Assembly (NCBI RefSeq): GCF_006345805.1
Contig: NC_043001.1
Span: 46,066,001 to 46,130,000 of the forward strand
Reading direction: 5' to 3'
From: Octopus sinensis
Lineage: Eukaryota
Length of the DNA: 64,000 nt
The notes beneath the pieces were generated by a model. That model was not told where the DNA came from and did not search any database. It saw only the letters and a program-made list of their open reading frames with translations. A program made the position numbers and the translations under genes. Below are positions 1 through 12,109 of this stretch, piece by piece. The first letter of the stretch is position 1. Each line of letters opens with the position of its first letter.

Positions 1-189
1 TTGGGGAGTAAATATTTTTGCTTTTGTATGCCAGTGTGTATGTATTTACGCATGTATGTATTTATGTATTTACGCATGTGTGCATATATATGTATGTACG
101 TATGCACTTATGTCTGTCTGTCTGTCTGCCTGTCTGTATGTATGTATGTATATTTTGTATGTATGAATGCATGTGTGCATTTATGTATA

Positions 190-607
190 CTCTTTTACTC
201 TTTTACTTGTTTCAGTCATCTGACCGCGGCCATGCTGGAGCATCACCTTTAATCGAGCAACTCGACCCCAAGACTTATTCTTTTGTAAGCCCAGTACTTA
301 TTCTATCGGTCTCTTTTGCCGAACCGCTAAGTAACGGGGACATAAACACACCAGCATCGGTTGTCAAGCAATGCTAGGGGGACAAACACAGACACACAAA
401 CACACACATACATACATATATATATATATATATACCTATATACGACGGGCTTCTTTCAGTTTCCGTCTACCAAATCCACTCACAAGGCTTTGGTCGGCCC
501 GAAGCTATACTAGAAGACACTTGCCCAAGGAGCCACGCAGTGGGACTGAACCAGGAACCATGTGGTTGGTAAACAAGCTACTTACCACACAGCCACTCCT
601 GCGCCTA
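190..607 (-). mobile_element. tRNA-derived SINE, family A (full length, internal microsatellite)
   Basis: Reverse strand reads AGGCGCAGGAGTGGCTGTGTGG (A box) ... GGTTCAGTCCC (B box) ... CCAGCATGGCCGCGGTC and a (GTAAAAGA)n tail. Many near-identical copies occur in the window. Confidence 0.9.
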
Positions 608-772
608 TGTGTATATTATGGTTGCATGTATCTCTGTATGCATGTACCGCAGAGGTAAATAACACTTTGGTGTTTGGTGCAGGATTACTCACCTCATAGG
701 CTGATAGTTGCTTCTTAGACTTGATTGAAAACAAACAGAAGATGGAAATCTATTGAAATAAAGCTGCACTAT

Positions 773-821
<49 letters not shown>

Positions 822-1404
822 TTCATTCCCCTTCTCACTACCTCTACCATTAACTCTATAGCCTTCATACAAAATAACACAATAGACTATCATTCACGTA
901 CTGCCTACACAACTCTCCCCATTTCTGCTACTATAACTCCCCACTACCCTCTTTATTACCCTTCACTCTTGAAATTCATTTTTTACTCCCACTATTCCCT
1001 ATTTAAATGCTTCCCCAATTGCCCCTCTAATACTCTCCACGAACTCTCCACAAAATCATTCCATCTTTGAACTTCTTTCTATCAACATTTCAAATGCTAG
1101 ATCTTTTCTTTGAAGATGGAGGCAGGTCTAATCCAACGATGGAATCAATCTACAAACATTATTTTGGACCACCGAGACCCTAGAAACGAGATGAATTTGC
1201 AATACTTTTCTTCAACCCCTTTAATTCTCTATATCATTTGTACTATGTGTAAGTCAGAATTTTTGTATATAAACATATATACATTTTCTGTATTCCATGT
1301 TTTTAATATACTTTATATTTTGATCTAACTAGCTTATTCTGACATTTACCTCTCTCTCTTTCTCTCTCTCTCTCTTACTTGGAAAAGGATGCGATATATA
1401 TATA

Positions 1405-1448
<44 letters not shown>

Positions 1449-1722
1449 TCTCTTTCTCTCTATATGTGTGTGTGTGTGTGTGTGTATGTATGTGTGAGTG
1501 TGTGAGCGCGCGCGTGCATATGTATGCATGTGTGTGTTATAATATTGTTCCTACATGTGATTCACCATTATGGTTGTTTGGAGCCCTGCAATAAGTGTTT
1601 CATTCAAGTGCATTTAGATGCTCAACCACAACGGATCATTAGGGAACACTTTGATGCATTGAGTAACACACACATACACACACACATAGCTAGATGGATG
1701 GATGGATAGATAGATAGATATG

Positions 1723-1768
<46 letters not shown>

Positions 1769-1804
1769 CACATGCAAATACACTCTGTGAAAAGTGAAAA
1801 AAAT

Positions 1805-2386
1805 TTATGTATCTTGAAGCTGTATTCACAAGTGATGGAAGGCAGGAGGTTGAATTGGCTGTCAGACTTGCAGGGGATATCAAAATAACGCTCCATCTTC
1901 AGCATTCGGTCTTCAGAAAGGAGAGCTTGGCAAAAAAAGCCAAACTCGCTATCTTCAACCCGGTTTTTGCTCCTATCCCCCTCACCTATGATCATGAATG
2001 TTAGGTAATGACCAAAGAGTACCGACGCGAATACTAGCGACCGAAATGGAGGTGCCTCCAAAGGATCTCTGGAGTCACGTTACTCAACAGGGTGCACAGC
2101 TGGGAAATCAGGGATCCTCACCATGTTGAGCCGCCACTTCTCCGTATTGAGAAGTCACACCTCCGGTACTATAGACATGTGATCAGAATGTCGCAGGAAA
2201 GAATTTCAAGACGTATTCTTCAAGCAGAGCCAGTCGGGAGCAGATGTCGAGGTAGGCCGAGAAAGAGATAGTTGGATAATATCGATAGTCTCAGTTGGTC
2301 GGGTTTGGCAAAGTGTAATGATAGTTGCTTCTGATAGGACCCTATGGAGGAGGTCTCTGAGGCACGATCCCCAGGAACAGTCTGAA
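1805..2386 (+). mobile_element. RTE-clade LINE 3' fragment (decayed)
   Basis: Broken frames give YLEAVFTSDGRQE..KLAIFNPVFAP.LTYDHEC.VMTKE..RISGVTLLNRVHSWEIR..LRIEKSHLRYYRHVIRMSQERI..GSRCRGRPRKR, a typical RTE C-terminus, followed by a (GATG)n tail. Confidence 0.75.
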
Positions 2387-2794
2387 TGGATAGATGGATG
2401 ACTGACTGGCTTGCTGGCTTGCTGGCTGACTGGCTGGCTGGATAGATGGATGGATGGATGATCGGATGGATGGATGGATCGATCGATGGATTTATCGAGG
2501 TTTGTATCGAGTTGCCCAGTAAAATCACTTGTAGAAAGAAATTTCAAACATCAAACTCCTACCAGGGTATCTGTCAACTGGAAATATTTAGAAGACTTGA
2601 TATAAAATCTGCAGTTGGTATAGCTTCCAATTATTTGGCTTCTCTTTGTTACCGATATATTTAACAATAGTTAATGCGGAGAGTACGCTTGTACGTGTCA
2701 TACAAACGTATGTCACTGTAAATCTCTTTAATGAGATGGCTGTCTAACAAAATGATGCAATAATCATGTCTGCCTATCAATCTGTCCGTCAGCC

Positions 2795-2837
<43 letters not shown>

Positions 2838-3119
2838 ATGTATGTATGTATGTATGTATGTATGTATGTATGTATGTATGTATGTGTGTATATAAGTTCG
2901 TACAATACGGTTGTGTATGTAAATTCGTGCCACATATGCAACAATTTTTCTACAAGTCTTTCTTTAGACATTTAAAAAATTATAATCATACAATGACTTT
3001 TCAAAAGCCTATTTAAAATGTGTTTTCTAAGTTTTTAAACCGTCCGCCTACACACGAGCTATTGATGTGGATGACATGTCACATGTCATGATTCTCTTTT
3101 TGTAATACTTGAGCCATGA

Positions 3120-3177
<58 letters not shown>

Positions 3178-3229
3178 ATAATGATGATAGTGGTAGTAAT
3201 GGTAATGATGATGATGATGATGACGATCT

Positions 3230-3490
3230 TCTGACATCCAAAAGTGCAGACTCCGTGAAAAGAATGTTGAAAATGTAATCCACTTGATGTGAGAGCCTTA
3301 CGTATAAAGAATACAAGCGCCGCCATGATAAAGTCTATTTGTACTTTCATTGGCCTTTATGCTGTAAATACTAATTCGAAGTTACAAAGAATTGGTATGA
3401 GCATGTGCTTAGTAAAGCAATGCAGGATGATAGAAAAGTAACAATATTCTGGGATGATGATTTTCTGACTGCAAGCAGGACATTAATGAA
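3230..3490 (+). mobile_element. R4/Dong-clade non-LTR fragment (CCHC knuckle region)
   Basis: KCRL..KNVENVIHL..CESLTYKEYKRRHDKVYLYFHWPLCCKY*FEVTKNWYEHV...KVTIFWD matches the C..C...ET..H...C..L...EY..RHD....HW.LC..WYEH...ILWD pattern. Confidence 0.75.
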
Positions 3491-4387
3491 AAGAATAATC
3501 ATTAAGATTTGATCTTCTCATCAGACGATAACGTTTTAACGGAGATTAGAAATACCAGAACTCTTGGTAGATGAAAACAACAGCAGGAAGACCCAAGCAA
3601 GGAGTATCTGCGCGGTCTCTCAACCTGCAAGGAGTAGCAAACTACTTACCTCCAAATCACATTCGATTGTCTCAACAAAAGCAGAAAAAAAAAATTATAA
3701 TATCATTAAAAAAAAATGACGAATGGTCATAATGGAATGCCTTTGATCATAAGTCCTGCTAAACATTATACAGAAAGCAATTGTCTTCATGTAAAAACTG
3801 CAACAATGGCTATGCAAATTGTTGTACATTGTACATTGTTAAAAGTTATTTATTTACTATCGTGCTTTATTTACTTGTGTATACGCACAAGCAACACACA
3901 AGAGCTCGAGCATAATCTGTGACATTTAAGTCATAAATTCACTTGACGTATGTCCCCAAAACGACAGCACAAGTGATGAATAAAAGCAACGACTTGAACA
4001 AGTGTGGCAGCACCAAGACCACTACCACCACCACCACCACCACCATCATAACCAGTAACAACAGCTGTTATTACTTGTTTCCACCATTGCCCATTCAATA
4101 ATACAATAATAATGTTTTTTTCTTCTCTATAAATGGAGAAGGAAATGCTTAAGTGTTTAGTGCAAGTAGGTGTGTTTAGTAGATGAACGTAGTATAGTTT
4201 CCTGCTATAGCACTTCTAAAATGGCTTGAAGTGTTCCTTTGACAACAAAACAAAAAAATTGGTGCCCGATAGAATATTTACCCCAAAGCTAAAAATAATG
4301 ATGAAGATTGTGAGGAGTTAGGAAGGTGAGAGTTGGTGGAGTATAATGAGTAGAACATAATTAATTGAACGTGGTGAAACATCCCAA

Positions 4388-4762
4388 ATGGCTGTGTGGG
4401 CTAAAAAATTGCTTCCCAACCACACGGTTTTGGTTCAGTCCTACTGCGCGGCATTTTGGGCAAGCTTCTTCTACTATAGCCCCTGTCCGACCAAAAGGTT
4501 TGTGAGTGGATTTGATTGGCGGAATTTGAATAAAGCCAGTCGTATATATATTTGTATGTATGTGTTTGTCCCTCATCACCGCTTGATAGCCGGTTTTGGT
4601 TTGCTTTCATCCCCTAAATTTAGAGAGATCGATCGAATAAGTACAAGTTAAAAAAAAACAAAACATAAGTACTGGGAGCAATATGTTCCACTAAATCCTT
4701 CAAGGTGGTGTCCCAGCATGGCCGCAGTCCAATGACTGAAACAAGTAAAAGATAAAAGATAT
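4388..4762 (+). mobile_element. SINE family A, older diverged copy
   Basis: Collinear with the 190-607 element from the TGGCTGTGTGG head to the AAGTAAAAGATAAAAGAT tail. Confidence 0.85.
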
Positions 4763-4789
4763 ATAAAATTAACTTGCAGCAATACTCGA

Positions 4790-5160
4790 TAGCAATGCCC
4801 GGGATTTACAAGGCCCCGCTTTACGAGACCCCGGGTTTACGAGTCATACTAAAAAGCGAGGAAGTGGTATAGCTAAAAAATAGAGTGCTTGTTAAAAGTA
4901 TGTCTTGATGTCCAAAATAGAAAATGTTGTAGTGAAGTTTGTGATATTTCACAGTATGGCTATCATTTTGCATGCAACGTGAAAGGATCGCTTTGGAGAA
5001 AAGAGGGCTGATTCTACTGAATTCTAAGGTAAGCAAAGAATGGTTTGAAAAAAATCGAGTAACTAACAGTTTTACATAACTTAACACTGACTGGATAAAT
5101 AGTAAGCACAGATAATTAAAGTGTAACAAATTTTCAAATTAGAACGTAAGAAGCCGGGAG
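4790..5160 (+). mobile_element. Tigger/pogo transposase remnant
   Basis: KVSKEWFEK ... LHNLTLTG*IVSTDN*SVTNF resembles the CENP-B-type F.AS.GWF..F..R..LHN....GE..SAD...A..F motif, with stops at Glu positions. Confidence 0.55.
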
Positions 5161-5345
5161 AAATGCTGGTATGCACATTATCTGATGCACTAACAGTCCT
5201 GTTTGCCCATTAAAAGCATATTTAAAAAATGCTTTTGCATAAAGTGCTCTCTTTCAGGCCGTCATGAAAAAGATGATAATTTTTTACTATAATCCTTTTC
5301 GATGGCTTCACTAGCCTGAATAATACATTCTCAATAGTGAACTAC

Positions 5346-5859
5346 TTCACTGGAGTAAAATATACGAAGCCCAGTATACCCATCATAACTACCCGTCTGA
5401 TAAAAGTACACCAGACACATGCATCACAACTGTATGTGCGCGACATGGTGATCGCATATCAAGATAAACAGCGCATGACCTTGCAGGTGGGGCCCCTGTT
5501 AGAATTTACTTCAGGTCGAGTAGCCCATCCCGCTCAAAAGGTCCCTGAATAAGGATTGTTTGAAGATGTTGACTGAAACACCCATGTTTCCAAAGGTGAA
5601 TTATCCAAAACCCAAAGAATTCCTCTCAACACATGGCTCTCTTCCACTACTGCTGCCCATGATCAGAGACGCACATATCGTCAGCTACGAAGGGATATGC
5701 TCAACTGGTTAATGTCAAACAACTGGCAAGTAAGTATGTGGTATTGAGCTGAATATTTACTGTAGCCCATCTTTTATAGCAAGACAAAACAATGTACCTG
5801 ATAACATTTCCAATCAGTTACGATAAAAAGCCATGAGAGTCACTACCTGGTACTGCATC
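5346..5859 (-). mobile_element. Unclassified ~520-bp interspersed retroposon-like repeat, copy 1
   Basis: Collinear with 21807-22357; non-coding. Confidence 0.7.
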
Positions 5860-5888
5860 GTGTGTATGTATGTATGTATGTATGTATG

Positions 5889-5919
<31 letters not shown>

Positions 5920-6032
5920 TGATTGAAACAAATAAAAGATTAAAAGAATACCTATTTTTATGCGATTGTTTTAAATTTTAATTTTATACAAGGCTAGTGA
6001 AATAAATGAAAAAAAAAAGAAGAAAAACGCAG

Positions 6033-6177
6033 CAAGTATGGGCAACTGGCGACCCTTAAATCTTTCTAAATGGTACGCCTTCCGAAAAATTATCTTGAAT
6101 CTTTTAGTCGCGTGGCCTGCTACATAAAGCACCATGTTTCACGCGGCCCACTTTTCTAAGAAGGTTGCCCATGCTTC
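6033..6177. mobile_element. hAT-like MITE
   Basis: Imperfect TIRs AAGTATGGGCAAC / GTTGCCCATGCTT with an internal GCGGCCC motif. Confidence 0.4.
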
Positions 6178-7796
6178 ATGTAGAAGTTCAATGGTTTTCT
6201 TGTTCTTGGTAACTGATTTTACTAAAATGCAAATGGTGCCATGGAATATTAAAAAATTCAGCCTGAACTACTTCTGTATCACGTGACCAACCTTCTGTAT
6301 AACTGGTGTAAGCCATTATTAGTCGGTTATGGAACTATTAGTTACGGTCTGTTAATCTATACATTAACTATATCAGCACACACACACACGCACACACACG
6401 CACATACACATATATATATGACTTATGTTTGCATATATGCTTACATGATCAAAATCACGTGTGCGTTACAAAGTATTTATATTTAATTCAATGAGTAAAA
6501 AAAATGGAATGAAGAGGAAATATTTTGAAAGGAATGTTTAGTGTCATCCTCTTGTGATTAAAAAAATTTTTTTGTTTGGTAATAGTAATATTAGTGGTGG
6601 TGGTGGTGGTGGTGGTGGTTAGAAGCGAATCTAATGGGTAGCTAGACGGTCCCTCCCCGGGCCACGCTTTTGTTCTGGGAGTGGCAATTTGGGGTTTGCT
6701 CTATATACTTGTATTAGCTGTATTGAAATGCAAAGTGAGAGCAAACTCAGAGGCTGCTCCGGGCGGGACACTCACTAACTATGCTACTGGTGGTAGTGGT
6801 GTTAGTAGTGGTTAGCAGTGACATTAATGGTGATGATAGTGGTACTTGTGGTGGTGGTAGTCGCAGTTCTGGTGGCAGGGCATAGGTGACTCATCGACTC
6901 AGTATTGCCAAGCTTCAGAGACTCATTGACTCAGATAGCTGGATTTATGATTTCACTAGGTTAATTCTAGTCATAAACATTTAAATTAGGAGTATTTCTT
7001 AAACTGTTAGCTTTACATTTCAACAGCTTAACTGAAATTTAGCCCACATAGCAGGAACTGAGAGGTATATCGTGGAACAAAGAAACTGTGGGTGATACAG
7101 ATAATTTGACATTATTTTTTAATTCTGCATGCAATAACATATAGGATACAGGTATTCTTTTTCTTGGGACAAATTCCTTGTTGACCAGTGTTATTCTTAT
7201 CGTAGTTTACAAATCCAAGCATGAAAACGTTACTCAACTTTGAAGATGTGGAGATAAACGCACCCTTTTCTCACACATACGCGCGCTCACTTATATAAAT
7301 GATGTACACAAATACATGACAGGTGTACATAATACTGAAATACGCATAAAGTAAACACACGCAGACAAATATATCAATATAACAAACTTTACAAAATAAT
7401 AAAAACATACAATCAATGAAGAGACAAATGAAACAGTAAAGATGATACATGTTAATTTTATTAGGTATTTCTGTTTATTTAGAAACCGACAATGACTAGG
7501 TCAAGCGCTAAATTATAAATTTCACAGGGTACAACCTTAAAGTTGACACCGCTCCACTAAACGCAGAAAATTTCTGTCTCGCTATTGGCTAAAAATACAG
7601 TTTTTCCGATTTTTAAACCTCTGTAACTTTTTCCGCCAATTCTTTTCTCCACATCATACCTTCACAGCAATGAGACTGGAAGACTACATTATTATAACCG
7701 ATTTTCAGATTTTTTTTACTTCCTTTTAAAAAATGCATATTTTGCGAATGAAAAATACTAGATCTTATACATGTAATACGCACACACACACACACA

Positions 7797-7874
<78 letters not shown>

Positions 7875-7937
7875 GAGGCGTGTGCGCGCATACACACATG
7901 TATGGCCGCAGTTTAATGACTGAAACAAACGAAAAGA

Positions 7938-7993
<56 letters not shown>

Positions 7994-8339
7994 GGAGAGA
8001 GAGAGAAAGAGATTTGACTAGCTCCAATATATTAGTTGTCTAGCCCTATCTGTCTCCTGGCAGAGAGTAATCTAGTAGTAATGGTTATGGTGTTGTTGGT
8101 GGTTGATATCTGTTTGGGTCTGCTTCTGGTAGTGAAACGTGATGATGATTGTGGTGACTAGAAGTACAAGTGTTCCTGATGTTTCTGTCACCACATGTAC
8201 AGGATGGACCAAAAGTCACGTACAAAATAAGTTCAAATACGCTTCGGAAATGTCAACGACTTGCTTCGATGTTTCTAAAATTGAATAGAATAACTAAAAT
8301 ACTGATGAATACATACGTACATAATGAACAAAATTAATA

Positions 8340-8910
8340 ATAACGGTATCAAATTTTGGGACAAGGCCAACAATTTTAAGGAAGAGTATAAGTCGATTAC
8401 ATCAACCCCAGACCTTTCGATCTCGAAAGGATGAAGCTCAAAGTAGGCCTTGGCAGAATTTGAACTCAGACGTGAAGACGGACGAATTACCTATTTCTTT
8501 ACTACCCACAAGGGGCTAAACACAGAGAGGACAAACAAGGACAGACAAATGGATTAAGTCGATTATATCGACCCCAGTGCGTAACTGGTACTTATTTAAT
8601 CGACCTCGAAAGGATGAAAGGCAAAGTCGACCTCGGCCGAATTTGAACTCAGAACGTAGCGGCAGACGAAATACCTATTTCTTTACTACCCACAAGGGGC
8701 TAAACACAGAGAGGACAAACAAGGACAGACAAATGGATTAAGTCGATTATATCGACCCCAGTGCGTAACTGGTACTTATTTAATCGACCTCGAAAGGATG
8801 AAAGGCAAAGTCGACCTCGGCCGAATTTGAACTCAGAACGTAGCGGCAGACGAAATACCTATTTCTTTACTACCCACAAGGGGCTAAACACAGAGAGGAC
8901 AAACAAGGAC
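8340..8910 (-). mobile_element. SINE family B array: 2.3 identical 184-bp units joined to an older diverged unit
   Basis: Units start at 8488, 8672 and 8856 (period 184) and appear identical. The B box GAGTTCAAATT is present in each full unit. Confidence 0.9.
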
Positions 8911-10659
8911 CCATCTTGATGAACAAAAGAAACAATAATATTAATTATAACATAATATGCATAAAATATTTGGTGCGTACTTTAAGCCCATCTTGTACAT
9001 TCGCGAAGGTGTCTGGCCTGTAGGAAATAGCAATGACATGTCTCTCGAATTATGCCATGCAATCTTTAGAAAAAGAGGACATAATGAATACTATAGTTTA
9101 AGTTACATTGTCTGTTATATGATGGGATGGTCACGGTATTTTCGTATCACTGAGGGTAAAGCAGTGCTTATGGACTGTTATTTATTTTTTTTTCAGAAAC
9201 TCCGAGACTGGTGGACTGAAGGAAGACGTTATCCTCGAACCGGTCCTGAATACTCGCGACAAAATGGACACCACTAAAGGTATTCAGAGAACAGGCGGTG
9301 GTCGACGGATTAACCCTATCACGCAAAAACTCAAAGCATCAAGAGACAGAACAAATGCTACAATCCATCTCGTTTGATGCTTCAAGAATTCTGTCAAAGA
9401 ATTGCCCTGAAATTATTTTATCGATCGCGAAAGGATGAAAGGAAAAGTTGATCTCGGAGCTTGTGATTAGGAAAAAAAAACTTGTATTGGTTATTATTGT
9501 TTAATTTCCGGTTATTGCCTCTGTTCAGCAGGCTAAGATCAAATGCTTTCCAACCAAAACCATCGAGTCTTTTTTCAAGGTTCATGTTATTCAACCTATC
9601 CTTCCCTTTTTTTAAATAGAGCAGGTTGTGATTTAAGGGATATTTGTTTGCTTTGTGTAGTAGGTTACGCAACTACGTAGATTTCTCGTTAGCTTGACTA
9701 TATTGATGGCCAGTAAGGAAGATGAGACTCAAGGTGATGAAAGAGGTTGTTGTTTACATCTGTTTCCCTTGAGAGTCTGAAAGGCAGAGCCAGAGCGATT
9801 ATCCTTTCAGGAACTCGGTCACGGATTCTCTTAAGTTGGAGTTGATCAAGTCAGATGAGAAAAATAAAACCCGAAGTGTTTAGCGAATATAGAAGTTAGC
9901 TGGGGATGGATCACAGTGAAGGAAGAGACACTACGGTAATCGATCGTCTTGGTGGGTTGGAGTGACAAATGTTCATATTTGAGTATAAGTAGTTGTGAGT
10001 CTAGTGTAAGTAGTTGTGTGTGTGTGTATTCAATGTGCAGCTGGAAGCTAAACTGGCACCAAAAGATGGTATCTTTAACTGCATGGGTGCTATCTACAGC
10101 CATTTCATTGAAGAAGATTCTACGAGGTTAGCAGAGATCATCTTGCCAAGAGATTAGAAAGGTCGATTGTAGTTTGGGAGGTGAGAGAGTCTACAGACCG
10201 TGTGATGCCTCGGCTGCTTGTCCAAAGTACATACTGGAGCTTATTTATTTATCACAGGAGGATGAGAGGCAAAGTAAATACGAGTAGGATTTGAACTCAT
10301 AACTTTTTTGCAGTACTTGTAATAATTATTGGTTTTTTTTTCATGGTTTGAGAAATGCACCACATGTAATAAAAATATTTACGTACATCTTGGAAAACAG
10401 AAAGAAATATTCAACAAATGCTATGTGAGAAAACGACCTGACGACGAAATTTACAGATTTAGAACGTACCTATCAGCCCAATTATATCAATTACAAATGA
10501 AACATATATTCCGTAATTGTTAACAGCCAAAACAGTGTAATTTCTTTCTTTTTCCGCTAAATTCTGTACAAAATTATCATAATTTGGAATTGCTCGTGTT
10601 TTATTATCAGTACACTATCGTAATTTTTGTTATGGGGACATGTTTTTCGGATTGCTATG

Positions 10660-11395
10660 CACTACAGAGTGGCACACGAAAAAGTAGTCCAAGTTCAGTG
10701 GCATAATGTAAATACAGAAATAAATTTATAATCACGAAGAAGCACCAAATTTACAAGTGTCGTGTAATTTCTGCTATTCAGAAGCCATGAGCAATCATTT
10801 ACTCTTTTGCTCTTGTTATCCACTTTTAATTGCTGCACACATGTAAAATGATATGGCATCAACTTTACACCTTACAACACCCGTTGGCATGATCTCCTGC
10901 TTATGTATTGACTTCTTTGAACTTCAAGTAATTCTTTGTCGGGTATCCCAAATAACTTTCGGCGGTCGAACTGTAGGATCTCTTTGTTTTGGGACATTGT
11001 GCACTGACCTCGTAGCGGGTCACTTTTTAACCAATATTTGTATCGTTCTCTTTGTCAGTAAACCTTTATCCGGAAACTTGACTTCAAAAATTTTCCGTGT
11101 TTGTTTAACAGAACTTGTTCTCACAAACGCTTCCATAATCTCCACTCTTTCCTCAGAAAATACTAGATGTTGATTGAATGCAATCTTACAATTAACTAAT
11201 GTGGTGAAGATGCAGTGAAGATAACGTAGCAAACAGTTGACTAGTGCGCCTCTTTGTTCAACTGTCACAAGCAGTCAAAATAAAACAATGACACTTGCAA
11301 ACGACAGGCTGAGTGCATTTTCGTGTGTGTAAGCTTATTACTACGCTATTGAACTTGTGCTACTTTTTACGAGAGTTTATTCGAAGCCCGTAATA
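10660..11395 (-). mobile_element. Tc1/mariner-superfamily transposase remnant (N-terminal HTH, DUF4817-like)
   Basis: FSEERVEIMEAFVRTSSVKQTRKIFEVKFPDKGLLTKRTIQILVKK matches the ERV.IVE.Y..T.S....Q..F...FP....P...TI..LV.KF pattern; downstream frames are broken. Confidence 0.7.
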
Positions 11396-11641
11396 TCTTT
11401 GCATTGCCATTTCTAACACAGGTAAATCTTCATATGAGTTCCAGAGTTCTTTTAAAATAAGGAGCTAAAGTTTGGTAGCCAGGCACATTGTACTACGTTG
11501 TTGTATCTCCAAATGTATTTCATGGAAGTTAGTGTAGTAATTCCTGATAAAATTTTGGCTTATTGTTTCCTGGAAATACACTAGAAGGACGGCGTTTTAT
11601 CATTTATATAGTTTATATAGTAGAAATCACAAGTTTTCTTC

Positions 11642-11672
<31 letters not shown>

Positions 11673-11688
11673 GTTGTGTGTGTGTGTG

Positions 11689-11719
<31 letters not shown>

Positions 11720-11728
<9 letters not shown>

Positions 11729-11879
11729 AGGTATGTATTCTCTCTCTGTTTACTTTCTCTTATTCCTTTCTGTTGAAGAGCGTAGGCTCGAAACGTACAA
11801 GACTTTCTCACTTTCCCGAACATCAAACTCATACACCTGTCTTTATCTTCTGTTTTTCTGTAAATTTCAACTATATATA

Positions 11880-11880
<1 letters not shown>
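11720..11880 (+). mobile_element. Penelope-like non-coding repeat with a hammerhead-like motif
   Basis: CTGTTGAAGAGCGTAGGCTCGAAACGT motif; a related copy lies on the minus strand at 55600-55810. The Penelope assignment is inferred. Confidence 0.5.
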
Positions 11881-11928
<48 letters not shown>

Positions 11929-12109
11929 ATGTATGTATGTATGTATGTATGTATGTATGTATGTATGTATGCATGTATGTATAGTGGTTAAGGCAGCGAG
12001 CTGGCAGAATCGTTAGCGGTATATCGTCCTTTACGTTCAAAGTTCAAATGCCACCGTGGTCGACTTTGCCTTTCATTCTTTCGGGGTCGATAAAATAAGT
12101 CCCATTTGA

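Noticed and set aside
1100-1200. TTGAAGA...GAAACG hammerhead-like spacing
   Set aside because: C3 is mutated and there is no convincing stem II closing pair or stem III.
8488-8910. Regular 184-bp repeats as a CRISPR-like array
   Set aside because: The units are whole SINE bodies with no unique spacers, in eukaryotic DNA.
9700-10200. Purine-rich stretch with no family match in this window
   Set aside because: No recognisable ORF motif, termini or splice pattern; left unassigned.
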